From the IMG/VR virus record IMGVR_UViG_3300023172_002538: 64,000 nt of DNA; one strand, written 5' to 3'. The DNA is from an uncultured virus (IMG/VR IMGVR_UViG_3300023172_002538) (taxonomy: Duplodnaviria; Heunggongvirae; Uroviricota; Caudoviricetes). The notes under the pieces were generated by a model that worked only from the letters and a program-made list of their open reading frames with translations, was not told the origin of the DNA and searched no databases. Shown here piece by piece: positions 36,864 through 47,105 of the stretch; positions within the stretch are counted from its first letter, which is position 1, and each line of letters starts with the position of its first letter. The translations under genes and the position numbers were made by a program.

Positions 36864-37446
36864 TCATTATTCTCCGTGAATCTTTGTAGACTTGACCAGC
36901 AGTACCCTTGTTCCATTGTGCAACGGGTAAGAATGTAGCAATCTCCCACTCAGGTGGTGGAACGTATGCTAATCTACTTTCAACTTGAGTTGTCAAGTAA
37001 TGCTTGAAACATGGCTTGAAGTATTTAAACTTCGCGGCTCGATTCAAATATTCGTACGACACTTCGAACTTGGTCGTTTCATCGTACTTACTGTTGTTCG
37101 TAATGTCCATGAGAGCATCGAGAAACTTAGCACGAAGCGGGATCGGCAGATAGTGAAGGTTCATACCATAAAAACCTTTCTCTGCTGGACCCACTGCAAT
37201 GATCAAAGGAAACGAATCCCAATATGGAAGCGTCTGTCTGTGCTTTGCGTCATAGAAAAACATGTACATCGAACCCGACACAGACTTTGCTTTTGACTGT
37301 ATAGGATCTTCTCGCATCAACTCACGTCGATTGATGTTACGCATGTTCTGCACTTTGCGTCTAAACCACGCACGTGACTCTCTGGTACGTGGCTGAATGC
37401 CCGCACGAAACGCTTCTTGCTCTACTGTCTGAAATAAATTGCTCAT
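36856..37446 (-). CDS. gp2: DNA end protector protein
   Basis: SRAWF, MYMFFYDAKH...LPYWDSFPL, GMNLHYLP..LR, CFKHYL, WEIA.FLP. Confidence 0.92.
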   Translation of the reverse strand: MSNLFQTVEQEAFRAGIQPRTRESRAWFRRKVQNMRNINRRELMREDPIQSKAKSVSGSMYMFFYDAKHRQTLPYWDSFPLIIAVGPAEKGFYGMNLHYLPIPLRAKFLDALMDITNNSKYDETTKFEVSYEYLNRAAKFKYFKPCFKHYLTTQVESRLAYVPPPEWEIATFLPVAQWNKGTAGQVYKDSRRIMNA

Positions 37447-37451
37447 GCGTC

Positions 37452-37459
37452 TATTTATA
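37452..37459 (-). promoter_or_regulatory. T4-type late promoter TATAAATA
   Basis: Exact consensus on the minus strand just upstream of gp2. Confidence 0.75.
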
Positions 37460-38153
37460 CGCCTTTACTGAACAAAAAGTCCTCGTTGTGACGAAGCATT
37501 AACTTATAACCAAGTTTCGACATAAATTGACCGATCTCGATTGCATTGACTAATCCACCCGGTACGTCTTTCAAAATTTCGACCATCACTAAGGGACTAT
37601 GCTTTGATAACGTTTCCTTTGCACCTTCAAGAACTTTTAATTCATGACCCTCTACGTCAATCTTTATAAAATCGACATCGGTAAGTTCTAATCTGTCCAT
37701 AGGCACTACAGTAGACACGAGTTTTTCTTTTTTCTGAGCCAATGGAAGTTCTTCTAAAGAGCAGTGACCGGTGTATCTAGGATAAAACCACGATCTCTTC
37801 ATGTCGATATCGTCACTTAGACCGTGATCGTGTACTGTTACGTTGTTTCGATTCTTCATGTTTTCACGTAAACAATCTCTAATCGGCGTGATTAATTCAA
37901 AAGCATGAACGTGCTGAAATAGTTCTGAAAATCCTTCGGTCATGAAGCCATATGACGCTCCCACGTCTACTGCTATTCTACACTCACTAAGCGTTTCTCT
38001 GAGTGTAGGACAGATCATAAAATCAAAAATGTTTTTATTATAATGCATATAATACTGAGTACCCATCTCAGCACGTTCAGCATAATTTAAAAACGAATTA
38101 GACTCTTCAGTTGCTAGAAGCGTCCAGTCACCTACTTTTTTTGTTTCGTACAT
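37455..38153 (-). CDS. FkbM-family methyltransferase
   Basis: VDVGASYG, HAFE, VDFIKIDVEGHELKVLEGA. Confidence 0.9.
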   Translation of the reverse strand: MYETKKVGDWTLLATEESNSFLNYAERAEMGTQYYMHYNKNIFDFMICPTLRETLSECRIAVDVGASYGFMTEGFSELFQHVHAFELITPIRDCLRENMKNRNNVTVHDHGLSDDIDMKRSWFYPRYTGHCSLEELPLAQKKEKLVSTVVPMDRLELTDVDFIKIDVEGHELKVLEGAKETLSKHSPLVMVEILKDVPGGLVNAIEIGQFMSKLGYKLMLRHNEDFLFSKGV

Positions 38154-38625
38154 TTTTTGTTCTCGTATAGGGTTTAAGCGGCTTCAATGCTTTGGGCATA
38201 ATACCCATTGCCTGAAGAGTCTTTTCTGTCCAAATTTGAAATTCCCAACCTCGATCTTTGGCGTATTCATTCGCCGCTTCCCACTTATTCATGTTCTTGA
38301 TATAAGTGTAGCCTTCGGTAATGTAACGTTTGGTTCGACGATTGCCGACAGGTGGATTTGTTTCTTTTTCGGGCTTTATCTCCACAATAATCGTTCGCCC
38401 TGACTTGTAAACAATCTTTAGATCAACAAAGTATCTATGAATCTTTCTATCAACTTCATATAGATATGGTATGACAGTCTCTTCGCTAGACCACTTTACA
38501 ATTTCGGAGTTATCGTCACACCACTTGAACGCATGTTTTTCCCACAATGATCTGTACACCACGTTCGCGTGATCGCCATGATACTTTGTGGGGTTTTTAA
38601 CTCGATACTTGCCTTTATATGCCAT
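38128..38625 (-). CDS. gp4: Head completion nuclease
   Basis: MAYKGKY...NPTKY.GD...YRSLWE, WSSEE..IPY, HRYFVD, VEIKP, NMNKWEAA. Confidence 0.93.
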   Translation of the reverse strand: MAYKGKYRVKNPTKYHGDHANVVYRSLWEKHAFKWCDDNSEIVKWSSEETVIPYLYEVDRKIHRYFVDLKIVYKSGRTIIVEIKPEKETNPPVGNRRTKRYITEGYTYIKNMNKWEAANEYAKDRGWEFQIWTEKTLQAMGIMPKALKPLKPYTRTKNVRNKKSR

Positions 38626-38633
38626 AAAAACTC

Positions 38634-38641
38634 TATAAATA
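38634..38641 (+). promoter_or_regulatory. T4-type late promoter TATAAATA at the divergence point
   Basis: Exact consensus between gp4 and gp48; a CTAAATA variant faces the other way near 38663-38669. Confidence 0.8.
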
Positions 38642-38679
38642 GATGAACAACAACTCACCCATTATTTAGAGTGTTTTAA

Positions 38680-39942
38680 ATGGCAGATGATATTTACAAC
38701 GTTAAAGTAGGTGACAAGCTAACACCTGAGCAAATACGTCAAGCGGCTGGCGTTGCAGAGCCTAATACAGCAGGCGAAGAAAATGTTCTTGCAGAAGAAA
38801 GTTTGCCCGATGCAGAAAACGAACAAGCAACTGATCCCTCAGTTGAAGCCCTAGAAGCAAATAGAAAATTCAAGTATCCGCTGACTCTTTCTGCCAGTTA
38901 TCCTGCACGTATCATTTTTAAAGCGAAAAAAGTTGAGGGTGTTGATCTAGCCGATAAGATAGGTAGTGGTTTCTCTTCGCTTCTCAAAGGGATTGTGGCA
39001 ACTGGTAGAGCGATCACTGGAATTCCGGCGGACGGGCCAGTCACTGGTGCTATTGCAGATGCAGTGGAACAGGGAAAAAATAACGAAAGCGCAACCGCTT
39101 CAGTGGCTGACCAAGAAGTTGATGCAGAAACAAAACAAGACATTGCTAAATCAGAGAAAGAAGTAGAGCAGTCTTTGATGTCATATGAGAATAAAGGTCC
39201 TGGTGTAACAGTTGGTCAAGTGACTCTTCCTTTGCCTCGAGACTTAAGATTCAGTGATAATGCACAATATGAAACTGCAAATCTTGGTACAATTGGTGGT
39301 TCTCTAGAAGGTGCCCTAGAAGGACAAAATCCATTTGCGGGTGCGACACAGCAAGGGCAGTTTCTTAGAACATCATCTGCTATTGCGGCACAAGCAATTG
39401 CGAAAGGTGTGGGTGAAGCGACAGGTGCGGCAATCGGTGCGGCAGTTGGACGAGGTACAGCGGGTGCTATTGTGGGTACGTCTGTTGCGGGTGGTACGTT
39501 CGATGGAATGTCACCTGCTGTGCGAAGTGCAACACGTATTGCTACTGCTGTCAACCAAAGAACGCTGTTTTCTCAAGTCAACATTCGAAACTTTGCTTTT
39601 GCTTTCAAAATGATTGCGAACAACGAGCAGGAAGCCCGAGAAATTAAAAACATCGTAAAGTTCTTTCGACAAGAACTATATCCTGAAAAGATTCCATTAG
39701 GTGAATCTGGTGTGCCTCTCGGCTTTAAATTTCCCAACATGTTTGAGATCGATATCAAGAACAGATTTGGTGAGAATCCTGCATTTAAAATACAGAGATG
39801 TTACTTGAGAGATATTCAGACTTCTTTTAATGCTACTGCGGCTGGTATGCACACTGATGGTCAGTTTATCGAAGTAGATATATCATTATCGTTTCAGGAG
39901 ATTGTTGCACTCGATAAAGCGAAAGTTAGGGACGGTTACTAA
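38680..39942 (+). CDS. gp48: Baseplate tail tube cap
   Basis: KYPL, LPLP, N...LF..V.IRNFAFAFKM..NNEQEA..I..IVKFFR..LYP, FP..F.I, LSFQE. Confidence 0.8.
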   Translation: MADDIYNVKVGDKLTPEQIRQAAGVAEPNTAGEENVLAEESLPDAENEQATDPSVEALEANRKFKYPLTLSASYPARIIFKAKKVEGVDLADKIGSGFSSLLKGIVATGRAITGIPADGPVTGAIADAVEQGKNNESATASVADQEVDAETKQDIAKSEKEVEQSLMSYENKGPGVTVGQVTLPLPRDLRFSDNAQYETANLGTIGGSLEGALEGQNPFAGATQQGQFLRTSSAIAAQAIAKGVGEATGAAIGAAVGRGTAGAIVGTSVAGGTFDGMSPAVRSATRIATAVNQRTLFSQVNIRNFAFAFKMIANNEQEAREIKNIVKFFRQELYPEKIPLGESGVPLGFKFPNMFEIDIKNRFGENPAFKIQRCYLRDIQTSFNATAAGMHTDGQFIEVDISLSFQEIVALDKAKVRDGY

Positions 39943-40697
39943 TGTCAAATTATTTTGAAAATTTTCCAAAGGTTCTCTACTTATTTGGTAATGAACAAGA
40001 GCCAGTACTCTTTCAGCAGTTGACACAATACGTTGATCTCATCGATGCAATTCGTGATGATAACGGCGCATACATTGAATATGAAATTCGTGACGGAGAT
40101 AGACCAGACACTCTTTCATATAGACTTTATGGCAAGAGTGAGTATGATTGGACATTCTTTTTAATGAATGAAAGACTGCGTGAAGTGGGCTGGCCAAAAA
40201 GCACAAAACAAGTTTATGAGTATGCTCAGAATACTCTTTTTCCAAACTACACAGCCAAACTTGGTTTTCAAGAAAGAGACAGTGCTGACGCAAGAACGTT
40301 TGCAACAAAATATCCTGCAGGACAAGACGTACTGATCCAAGGATCTAGTGGCGTAATCATAAGAAAGAATGTAGATATAGGTGAATTCACAATTTCTTCT
40401 GACAGTGATATCACAGGTAAAACTGCTATTACATACGACGATGGCACCAATCTATATGCACTTTCTGGTATAACCTATGAGTATCAGGGAACGCATCACT
40501 ACGAAGATGACTCAGAAAATTGGGTTGATTTTTTCTATCAAACTGATTCTGCTGTAGGTGGTCGCGGAAAAATACCGATTACTAATCTTGAGTTTTTGCT
40601 TCAACAAAATGAAGAAGCTAAAAAAATTCGTGTAATTAAAAAAGAGTACATTGAGAAAGTAGTAGGCGAATTTAAGCGATTGCTTGAGAGGGTTTAA
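39942..40697 (+). CDS. gp53: Baseplate wedge subunit
   Basis: YFENFPKV.Y, YEIRDGDRPDTLSYRLYG...W.FFLMN, WP, HHYE, NE..KKIRVIK. Confidence 0.88.
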   Translation: MSNYFENFPKVLYLFGNEQEPVLFQQLTQYVDLIDAIRDDNGAYIEYEIRDGDRPDTLSYRLYGKSEYDWTFFLMNERLREVGWPKSTKQVYEYAQNTLFPNYTAKLGFQERDSADARTFATKYPAGQDVLIQGSSGVIIRKNVDIGEFTISSDSDITGKTAITYDDGTNLYALSGITYEYQGTHHYEDDSENWVDFFYQTDSAVGGRGKIPITNLEFLLQQNEEAKKIRVIKKEYIEKVVGEFKRLLERV

Positions 40698-42061
40698 TGG
40701 CTCAAAATCAATCTCAGTTTGGTCTATTAGAAGCGTCACTCATTCTTTCGTCTGTTAAAGACGAAGACAAGGTCGTTGATGTTCGCGCTAATATAATTGA
40801 AATAGACTTTTACGAAAATCTATACAAGCCTTATGTCGATGCACACATTGTTCTTATCGACGATTTTGGCTTGAAAGACACACTATCTATTCAAGGCACA
40901 GAAAGACTTAAACTGGTTTTGGGCGATGCTGAAAAACCAGAAGAGCCTATGATAGTAAAGTATTTCTTTTTCTCACAGATTGTCGATACGAAAAAAATGA
41001 ACGAAAGAGCAGAATTGCTTTCGATCAATCTGGTAGAAGAGCATCTTTATGTTGACTCAATTAAACAGTTCAGTCGCTCCTACACAGATACACTAGAAAA
41101 CATTATTGGAACGATTTCTGAGAACGAGTTGGGCAAGGAAGTCGTAGCACAATTCTTTGAAGGATCAATACAAGGCATTCGAAAAATACTAGTGCCTTAC
41201 ATGAGTCCATTAGAAGCAATTCAGTGGATTCGTGACCGTGCTACGACTCGCACAGGCTCGCCGATCTTTCTGTACGCATCTTTGTATGCTGATCGTCTCA
41301 TTCTGTCTGATCTAGACAGTCTGCTAAAAGAGGATGTAATTAACGACAAACTGCCTTTGCGATACAGTGCCGCAATCAATTCAGCACCAGACACGGATGA
41401 TAATCTACGACCTTATTATGAAATCATGTCATTCCGTGAAGCAAATTCTGAGAACGCACAGGCGATGTATGAAAATGGTGCAATTGGATCATACTATGCA
41501 AACATCGACGCTGGTACAGGAGTCGTAGTCGGCAGTCATGTAACGATCCGAGATATCGTTGACGATTTCTATTCGTCAGAAACCATTTCGCCCGATACAG
41601 TGCAGAGCATCTTTGATCCCTCGCTAGAGATTGGAGGTAAGCTGGCGGACGAATATAACTCGGTACACATTCATCAAATATTTTCAAGTGGCACATACAA
41701 TCAGTTCAAGAGCTACCACGACGAAACGTCGATCCTTGATGATAACAATACGATCATAGAATCAAGATTGAAGATCAAGAACAAAATCATTCGAATGATT
41801 CTGAAAAAGAATATCATCGATATTGGAATGAACGGCTCTCTTTTCTTTCAAGGTGCTGTGCCAGTTGGTAAGAAGATACGAGTGTTATTTCTCAACTCAA
41901 ACGTTGAGGGAGATGAAAAAGACGCATTGAAGCAGATCGATAAGAGAAAATCTGGAGACTATTTGATATTGGCTATAAATCATAAGTTGATAAGTGAAAA
42001 ACACACGTCAGTATTGCGACTCACCAAGTTGGGTGATCTGCCTCGGAACTTTAAACTATGA
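40697..42061 (+). CDS. Baseplate hub protein (gp27-like)
   Basis: Lies between gp53 and gp5; YENLYKPY, P.MSPLEAIQWI, SGDYLILAINH. Confidence 0.6.
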   Translation: MAQNQSQFGLLEASLILSSVKDEDKVVDVRANIIEIDFYENLYKPYVDAHIVLIDDFGLKDTLSIQGTERLKLVLGDAEKPEEPMIVKYFFFSQIVDTKKMNERAELLSINLVEEHLYVDSIKQFSRSYTDTLENIIGTISENELGKEVVAQFFEGSIQGIRKILVPYMSPLEAIQWIRDRATTRTGSPIFLYASLYADRLILSDLDSLLKEDVINDKLPLRYSAAINSAPDTDDNLRPYYEIMSFREANSENAQAMYENGAIGSYYANIDAGTGVVVGSHVTIRDIVDDFYSSETISPDTVQSIFDPSLEIGGKLADEYNSVHIHQIFSSGTYNQFKSYHDETSILDDNNTIIESRLKIKNKIIRMILKKNIIDIGMNGSLFFQGAVPVGKKIRVLFLNSNVEGDEKDALKQIDKRKSGDYLILAINHKLISEKHTSVLRLTKLGDLPRNFKL

Positions 42062-42927
42062 ACATTCTAAGACCCATACAAAAAGAATACTACGGCGATG
42101 ACTATCGTTGGTTCTTTGGTACGGTTGTAAATGCTCATCCGCCAGCAGGTCTTGAAGGGCGTGTGAAAGTGCGTATTTACGGAGTGCACAATCCCGTCAC
42201 AGACGAAATACCAGAGCGTGATCTTCCATGGGCACAAGTCTTACTGCCCACAACTGAAGGTGGTTCATCTGGCATCGGTCGTATTCCACAACTACAATCT
42301 GGGTCATTTGTGTTCGGTGTTTTTCTTGATGGTATCTCATCTCAGATTCCGTTGATTCTTGGATCTGTGCCTAGAGTCGAATTTCCTACTGCTATTCAAA
42401 GTGGTCGTAACATTTCGTTCGAAGACAAGTTTGAGTATAATCAAGAAAGACTCCAGAATGTTATCATAACACCTTTGAAAGATGATCGTGAAGAAAGTCC
42501 TGGAGTTGGTCTTCGCCGCCAGCAATCGATGAAATTTTTCATTGATAACGGATACGAAGTTATTCACGCCGCGGCTATAACGGGTGCGATAGAGGCTGTG
42601 TCAGGCTTTGAAACTTATGACGATGACACTACGTCTGACACCATTGGTATTTTAAAATGGAAGAACACTACAGAAGTTGGTAGTCGCTTTGTCGATCTAT
42701 TAAATTTCGCTGTTAGATTTTCTCCTAGCTCTGACTGGAGACCATTTTCTTTACAATTGCAGTTTGTTCTTTACGAATTGAGAACAAGATTCAACTTGGT
42801 AAATAGTAAATTGATAGTAACCACAAACATTAAAGACGCGAGTGCTATCATCAATCGCGATTACATCAAAGGAACTAATCAGTCCGATAGACTTGCACAA
42901 AGAGCATACGATGAGGTCACTTCATAA
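42058..42927 (+). CDS. gp5 N-terminal OB-fold fused to a tail-lysozyme-like domain
   Basis: WFFGTVV...GRVKVRIYGVH...DLPWAQV..P, VFGVFLDG..Q.PLILGS; C-terminal GILKW...R...QLQFVLYEL. Confidence 0.85.
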   Translation: MNILRPIQKEYYGDDYRWFFGTVVNAHPPAGLEGRVKVRIYGVHNPVTDEIPERDLPWAQVLLPTTEGGSSGIGRIPQLQSGSFVFGVFLDGISSQIPLILGSVPRVEFPTAIQSGRNISFEDKFEYNQERLQNVIITPLKDDREESPGVGLRRQQSMKFFIDNGYEVIHAAAITGAIEAVSGFETYDDDTTSDTIGILKWKNTTEVGSRFVDLLNFAVRFSPSSDWRPFSLQLQFVLYELRTRFNLVNSKLIVTTNIKDASAIINRDYIKGTNQSDRLAQRAYDEVTS

Positions 42928-44882
42928 TGGTATCTAAAATCGAAGCAGGACAGACTCTTGTAAATAAGGCAGCCAAGACAGCCAAAGAAAAATTGGCTGA
43001 AGAAGTAAGCACTCAGGCTTCTTCGATTGACACGTCACAACTTGAAGCTACTGCAACAAAAGCCGCTGGTGATCTAAAGAATTCGCTAGAAACGACAGCG
43101 GGTAGTATTGCTGGTCAAGTTGAGGGCGGTGTAAAAAGCCTTTCTTCAAAGTTCGATAAGTTTCAAGATAAACTGAATAATCCTGAGGCTACCGTTGAAG
43201 GTCTTGTAGATGATGGTATCGAAAGTCTTGAAGGTATGGCAACAGACTTCGTTCAAGATCAGATTTCAAAGTTTACGTCCAAGTTTGCGTCAACTGTTGA
43301 GGTTGTGTTCAGCGAGCCAGACTCAAATGGAATTGTGTTTCCTATCGAAGCATCGCTCGATGCAGAAGGTGGTATTTCAGGCACAGTAGCCGCAGTGCTA
43401 CAGTTGATCACAGGTTTAGGCGTTGACACGGGCAATCTACAAAAAGCGATTGTAGAGGGTAGTCCTCAAGGCATTCTCGATGCGGGTAAAGATGTGCTGT
43501 CGGGTAAGATGGGCGCATTTGACGGAGCGTCTGCAATTAAGTCTCTTACCGATACTGCAATAACAAGTGTTACCAATGAAATAGAATCAAAAGTTGGTAG
43601 CGCACTGGCTAAAGCAAGCAATCTAAACACAGCCATTAAATCAATTACAGACGTTGACTCTAATGGTGAGATTACCATTAGCAGTGTTGCCGACGTAGTT
43701 TCTAGTAGAATCACTGCAGGAAATACTGACAGTGCAGAATTCAATACAGGCATTTTGAAGAATAAGACAAATCCTTTGGCTGATTTAGAAAATACGCTGA
43801 AAGATTCGAAGAACATCAAACAGAATCTAGAAGGCGCCAAATCAGACTTTGAGAATTTGTCTGGTGGAAAAGACGGCGATGCAGTGCTTAGTTCTGTGAC
43901 AGGTGCCGCGGGATCACGTGCAAGTTATAACAAGAAAGGTGAAGAGTATCGCTCACTAGTAAAAACACGTGTCGCAAAAGGCTCTGAAACAGGTGTCGTT
44001 CAAGGTATCAGTACAGAAATTCTTACTGACGTAAAAGAACAGATAAAAGATTTTGCACCCAAGTTAACAAGCGAAGATGTCAATAACGTTATTAACTGGT
44101 CACAAGGCAGTGCTGATGAAATTTCTAAAGCGGTGCGATTGCTTTTTGACAAGACAGGTAAGCCAATTGACACGATACGTCAGTTTATAAAAACTATCGA
44201 TACAACGATTGAAAACGCAACCAGAGTGTCGCCCGAAGATGCTGTGTTTAATGAACCTTACGTTATTGGTGAATATGAGGCAGAGTGGAAAAAGGGAGAT
44301 GGAAATCCTAGATTCCCTTATGTTTCTTCTATCGAAGAGTTACAGGCTGAACTGCGCAACATTAAACGAGATGTAACAGAAGCAGTTATACATTGGACAG
44401 AAACTCACACCGATAAAAACATAGGATCTGAAGAAATCAATAAATATCATCTGGAGTTAGGACTTGATGGAATAGGCTATCACTATGTCATTCGTCGAGA
44501 CGGTTCATTGCAAAGAGCAAGACCTGTCAACACAAAGGGTCAACACGCACCCATTAACAATCATGACGAAAGAAGTATAGGTATTGTATTCGTTGGTGGA
44601 ATTAACGTTCCGTCTGGCACACCTAATCCCGAAAACTTTTTGTCTTCGCAGTCATTGACCCGTAGCCAGCTTAACACATTCGATCACTTTTGTCGAGCAT
44701 TTTATGCAGTATTTCCTGGTGGTCAAATCATTGGTCACAACGAGATCGATGAAGAAGAAGTTGATCCTGGCTTTGAAGTCATCAACTACGTTGAAAACGT
44801 TTTTGGAAAGACTTCAAAATTTACCGACATATTGAATCAAGCACCACTGACAGTTGACGAGATATTAAGCAATGACGAATAA
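42927..44882 (+). CDS. Virion-associated protein with C-terminal N-acetylmuramoyl-L-alanine amidase (Amidase_2)
   Basis: VIHWT, IGYHYVIRRDG..Q..RP...GQH, SIGIVFVGG, IIGHNE; long helical low-complexity N-terminus. Confidence 0.85.
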   Translation: MVSKIEAGQTLVNKAAKTAKEKLAEEVSTQASSIDTSQLEATATKAAGDLKNSLETTAGSIAGQVEGGVKSLSSKFDKFQDKLNNPEATVEGLVDDGIESLEGMATDFVQDQISKFTSKFASTVEVVFSEPDSNGIVFPIEASLDAEGGISGTVAAVLQLITGLGVDTGNLQKAIVEGSPQGILDAGKDVLSGKMGAFDGASAIKSLTDTAITSVTNEIESKVGSALAKASNLNTAIKSITDVDSNGEITISSVADVVSSRITAGNTDSAEFNTGILKNKTNPLADLENTLKDSKNIKQNLEGAKSDFENLSGGKDGDAVLSSVTGAAGSRASYNKKGEEYRSLVKTRVAKGSETGVVQGISTEILTDVKEQIKDFAPKLTSEDVNNVINWSQGSADEISKAVRLLFDKTGKPIDTIRQFIKTIDTTIENATRVSPEDAVFNEPYVIGEYEAEWKKGDGNPRFPYVSSIEELQAELRNIKRDVTEAVIHWTETHTDKNIGSEEINKYHLELGLDGIGYHYVIRRDGSLQRARPVNTKGQHAPINNHDERSIGIVFVGGINVPSGTPNPENFLSSQSLTRSQLNTFDHFCRAFYAVFPGGQIIGHNEIDEEEVDPGFEVINYVENVFGKTSKFTDILNQAPLTVDEILSNDE

Positions 44883-46335
44883 GTTAGACGATCTTCAAGG
44901 TAGAATTAACAAGCTTGGCGAGGGTCAAGAAGAAACTGTTGGCGTACCAAACGAAGGCTTTGCAGACGCATCAGGAGAATATCCTAATCGTGATTACTTT
45001 TTTGGCACGAGCGTAAATAAAGCCGCAACGGGCGAAAAGATCAATAATCTTGACTTGGGTGGTGGAGACTTTGGTGTTCCACTAGATGTGCCTGATCAAA
45101 AGCCATCACAATATCCTTACAATCAAGTGCAAGAAACGCCTTCTGGTCATGTCATTGAGATTGACGATACGCCGGGTGGTGAGCGCGTACTGTTCAAGCA
45201 TCGTACAGGTGCTGGTATTGAGATGCGAGCAGATGGTTCTGTTGTCATATCATCTAAGTCACAACGAGTAGAAGTGACGCAGGGAGACGCTACTACTATC
45301 GTCGAAGGAGAGGGAACACTTGTTTACAAAGGTAATGTTAATCTACGTATCGACGGTGATTTTAATGTGGATGTTGGCGGTAACTATAACCTTAATGTTG
45401 CCGGCGACAAAAAAGAAGAAATCAAAGGGCGTCACACCAAAGTAGTTAATCGCGATCAGAACTATACGATTCGTGGTTCACGGAGCGAGCAAGTTGTTGA
45501 GATGGCGACATCTACTGTTCTTGGCGATCAGAATCTAATTACTGCGGGCGATCTGAACCAGTTTACTCAAGGCACTACTGAAATTCTGGCAGGACAGAAT
45601 TTGATCACTACTGCTGTGAATGAATGGGTAGCCGCATCGTCTACTGCAAACATCACTGCACGTCATGTGAGTATGATTGGTCACAAAGGAACAATTGGTG
45701 GACCTTTGCTCGATCACTATGGCAAGACATACGGTGGTTTTCCTGCAGGTATTACACAACTTGCTACGTTCTACGGTTCACTCGTTGGTCGAGCGGTAGA
45801 AGCATTTCATGCAGACTATGCAATGTTTGCTTCGGGAGCAGGATTTTCTGTAAGTGCAGGAAAGGCGGCTACAGCACTTAAAGCAATTGCATTGGGTGAC
45901 GCACTGCCGCCTATTCCTGTGCCGCCTAAGCCTCCGATTATGCCTTTTATTCCACTACCGTCAACTGCACCAATTCCTAATCCAGCGATTGTAGAGTTGC
46001 AGTTGTCATCGAGCAACTACGGTGTGCGCAACGTAGCAGTTGATCCTAAATTAAAGGATAAGATACTTAAGTCTGATGATTATAAAGAACTCTTTAATTT
46101 CGATCCCACGATACATGAAGTTCGTTCGAAATTGCGTGATCCTCAACACTTCAACAACGGTGGGTTTACAAGTTATCTCGTGTCACAGGGTAAACTCAAC
46201 AAAGACTTTAAAAAGAACATACCCAAGAACATCGGTCGATCTGCATCAAAGCAGGGAACGATTCGATTTGGTACCAACTTAATTGGTAATAATCCTGCAG
46301 AAAACAGAAGCAAGCGATTCAGAGTGAATAAGTAA
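44872..46335 (+). CDS. gp5 C-terminal beta-helix spike
   Basis: YPYNQVQETPSGHVIEIDDTPGGER...HRTG and 8-residue V-x-G-[DN] repeats. Confidence 0.85.
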   Translation: MTNKLDDLQGRINKLGEGQEETVGVPNEGFADASGEYPNRDYFFGTSVNKAATGEKINNLDLGGGDFGVPLDVPDQKPSQYPYNQVQETPSGHVIEIDDTPGGERVLFKHRTGAGIEMRADGSVVISSKSQRVEVTQGDATTIVEGEGTLVYKGNVNLRIDGDFNVDVGGNYNLNVAGDKKEEIKGRHTKVVNRDQNYTIRGSRSEQVVEMATSTVLGDQNLITAGDLNQFTQGTTEILAGQNLITTAVNEWVAASSTANITARHVSMIGHKGTIGGPLLDHYGKTYGGFPAGITQLATFYGSLVGRAVEAFHADYAMFASGAGFSVSAGKAATALKAIALGDALPPIPVPPKPPIMPFIPLPSTAPIPNPAIVELQLSSSNYGVRNVAVDPKLKDKILKSDDYKELFNFDPTIHEVRSKLRDPQHFNNGGFTSYLVSQGKLNKDFKKNIPKNIGRSASKQGTIRFGTNLIGNNPAENRSKRFRVNK

Positions 46336-47072
46336 TGAAGATATTAGTTGATCCACAATATAATCCAGAGTTTGAGTCTACCATCACTTCAGCGACTAAA
46401 CTAGGTCCCGGCATCACATGTGCTAAGTTTTTGGGCGCACGTGGTTCTCGTACACAGTTTGAGAAGTTGTATGCACAAGGATTTTTTGGTGCGCCTGATC
46501 TAAAGCAGATTGCACGTAATCTTGTGCTACACGCAAACGCAATGAAGACTGTAATTGGTAACATAACATTCGGACAGCATCGACTAATTGTGTCTGAAGG
46601 CATCTACGAGCCAAATCCAAAATTTGAGATACAAGAAATACCAGCAGGCTCAAAAGATCAAGCAAAGAAACTCGCACGTGAAAACGATGGTGGTTCTTTT
46701 GGTAAAGGACCTGATGGATGGATCGCACGTATTCCGTTATATGTTGGTGAACGACCCAGTGGTGGTAGCGTAAATGATCTAAGAAGAACAGGACGTGCAA
46801 TCGTATATCAGTTGATTGATAAGAACGGCAAGACTGATCCACGCAAGACGTTTGATCTAGCCGTGTTCTGGAAAGACTACATTGACTACGACAAACTGAC
46901 CCTTGACTATGATACATTTGATCCAAACGGTGACTTGACTTGTCAGATTGTGTTGGAAATGCCCGAGGTTCCATCCAGCTACGATGTCTCTTATTCTTAT
47001 AACGTTGAGACAACATATAACGGTGAACTTCAGACTAAAAACGAACTGCTTGAAATTCTTCCTGAAGAATAA
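46335..47072 (+). CDS. Hypothetical baseplate-region protein, possibly degenerate peptidase M15-like
   Basis: TKL...IT.AKF, IARNL, IVSEG.Y, GRAIVY, YDKLTLDY; follows the gp5 C-terminal gene. Confidence 0.45.
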   Translation: MKILVDPQYNPEFESTITSATKLGPGITCAKFLGARGSRTQFEKLYAQGFFGAPDLKQIARNLVLHANAMKTVIGNITFGQHRLIVSEGIYEPNPKFEIQEIPAGSKDQAKKLARENDGGSFGKGPDGWIARIPLYVGERPSGGSVNDLRRTGRAIVYQLIDKNGKTDPRKTFDLAVFWKDYIDYDKLTLDYDTFDPNGDLTCQIVLEMPEVPSSYDVSYSYNVETTYNGELQTKNELLEILPEE

Positions 47073-47080
47073 TATAAATA
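47073..47080 (+). promoter_or_regulatory. T4-type late promoter TATAAATA
   Basis: Exact consensus upstream of gp25. Confidence 0.8.
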
Positions 47081-47105
47081 AACGAAAAAGGTTTTTAGGT
47101 TCACA

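Noticed and set aside
46423..47016. 197-aa minus-strand ORF
   Set aside because: It lies entirely antisense to a coupled plus-strand gene in the late operon and has no recognisable features.
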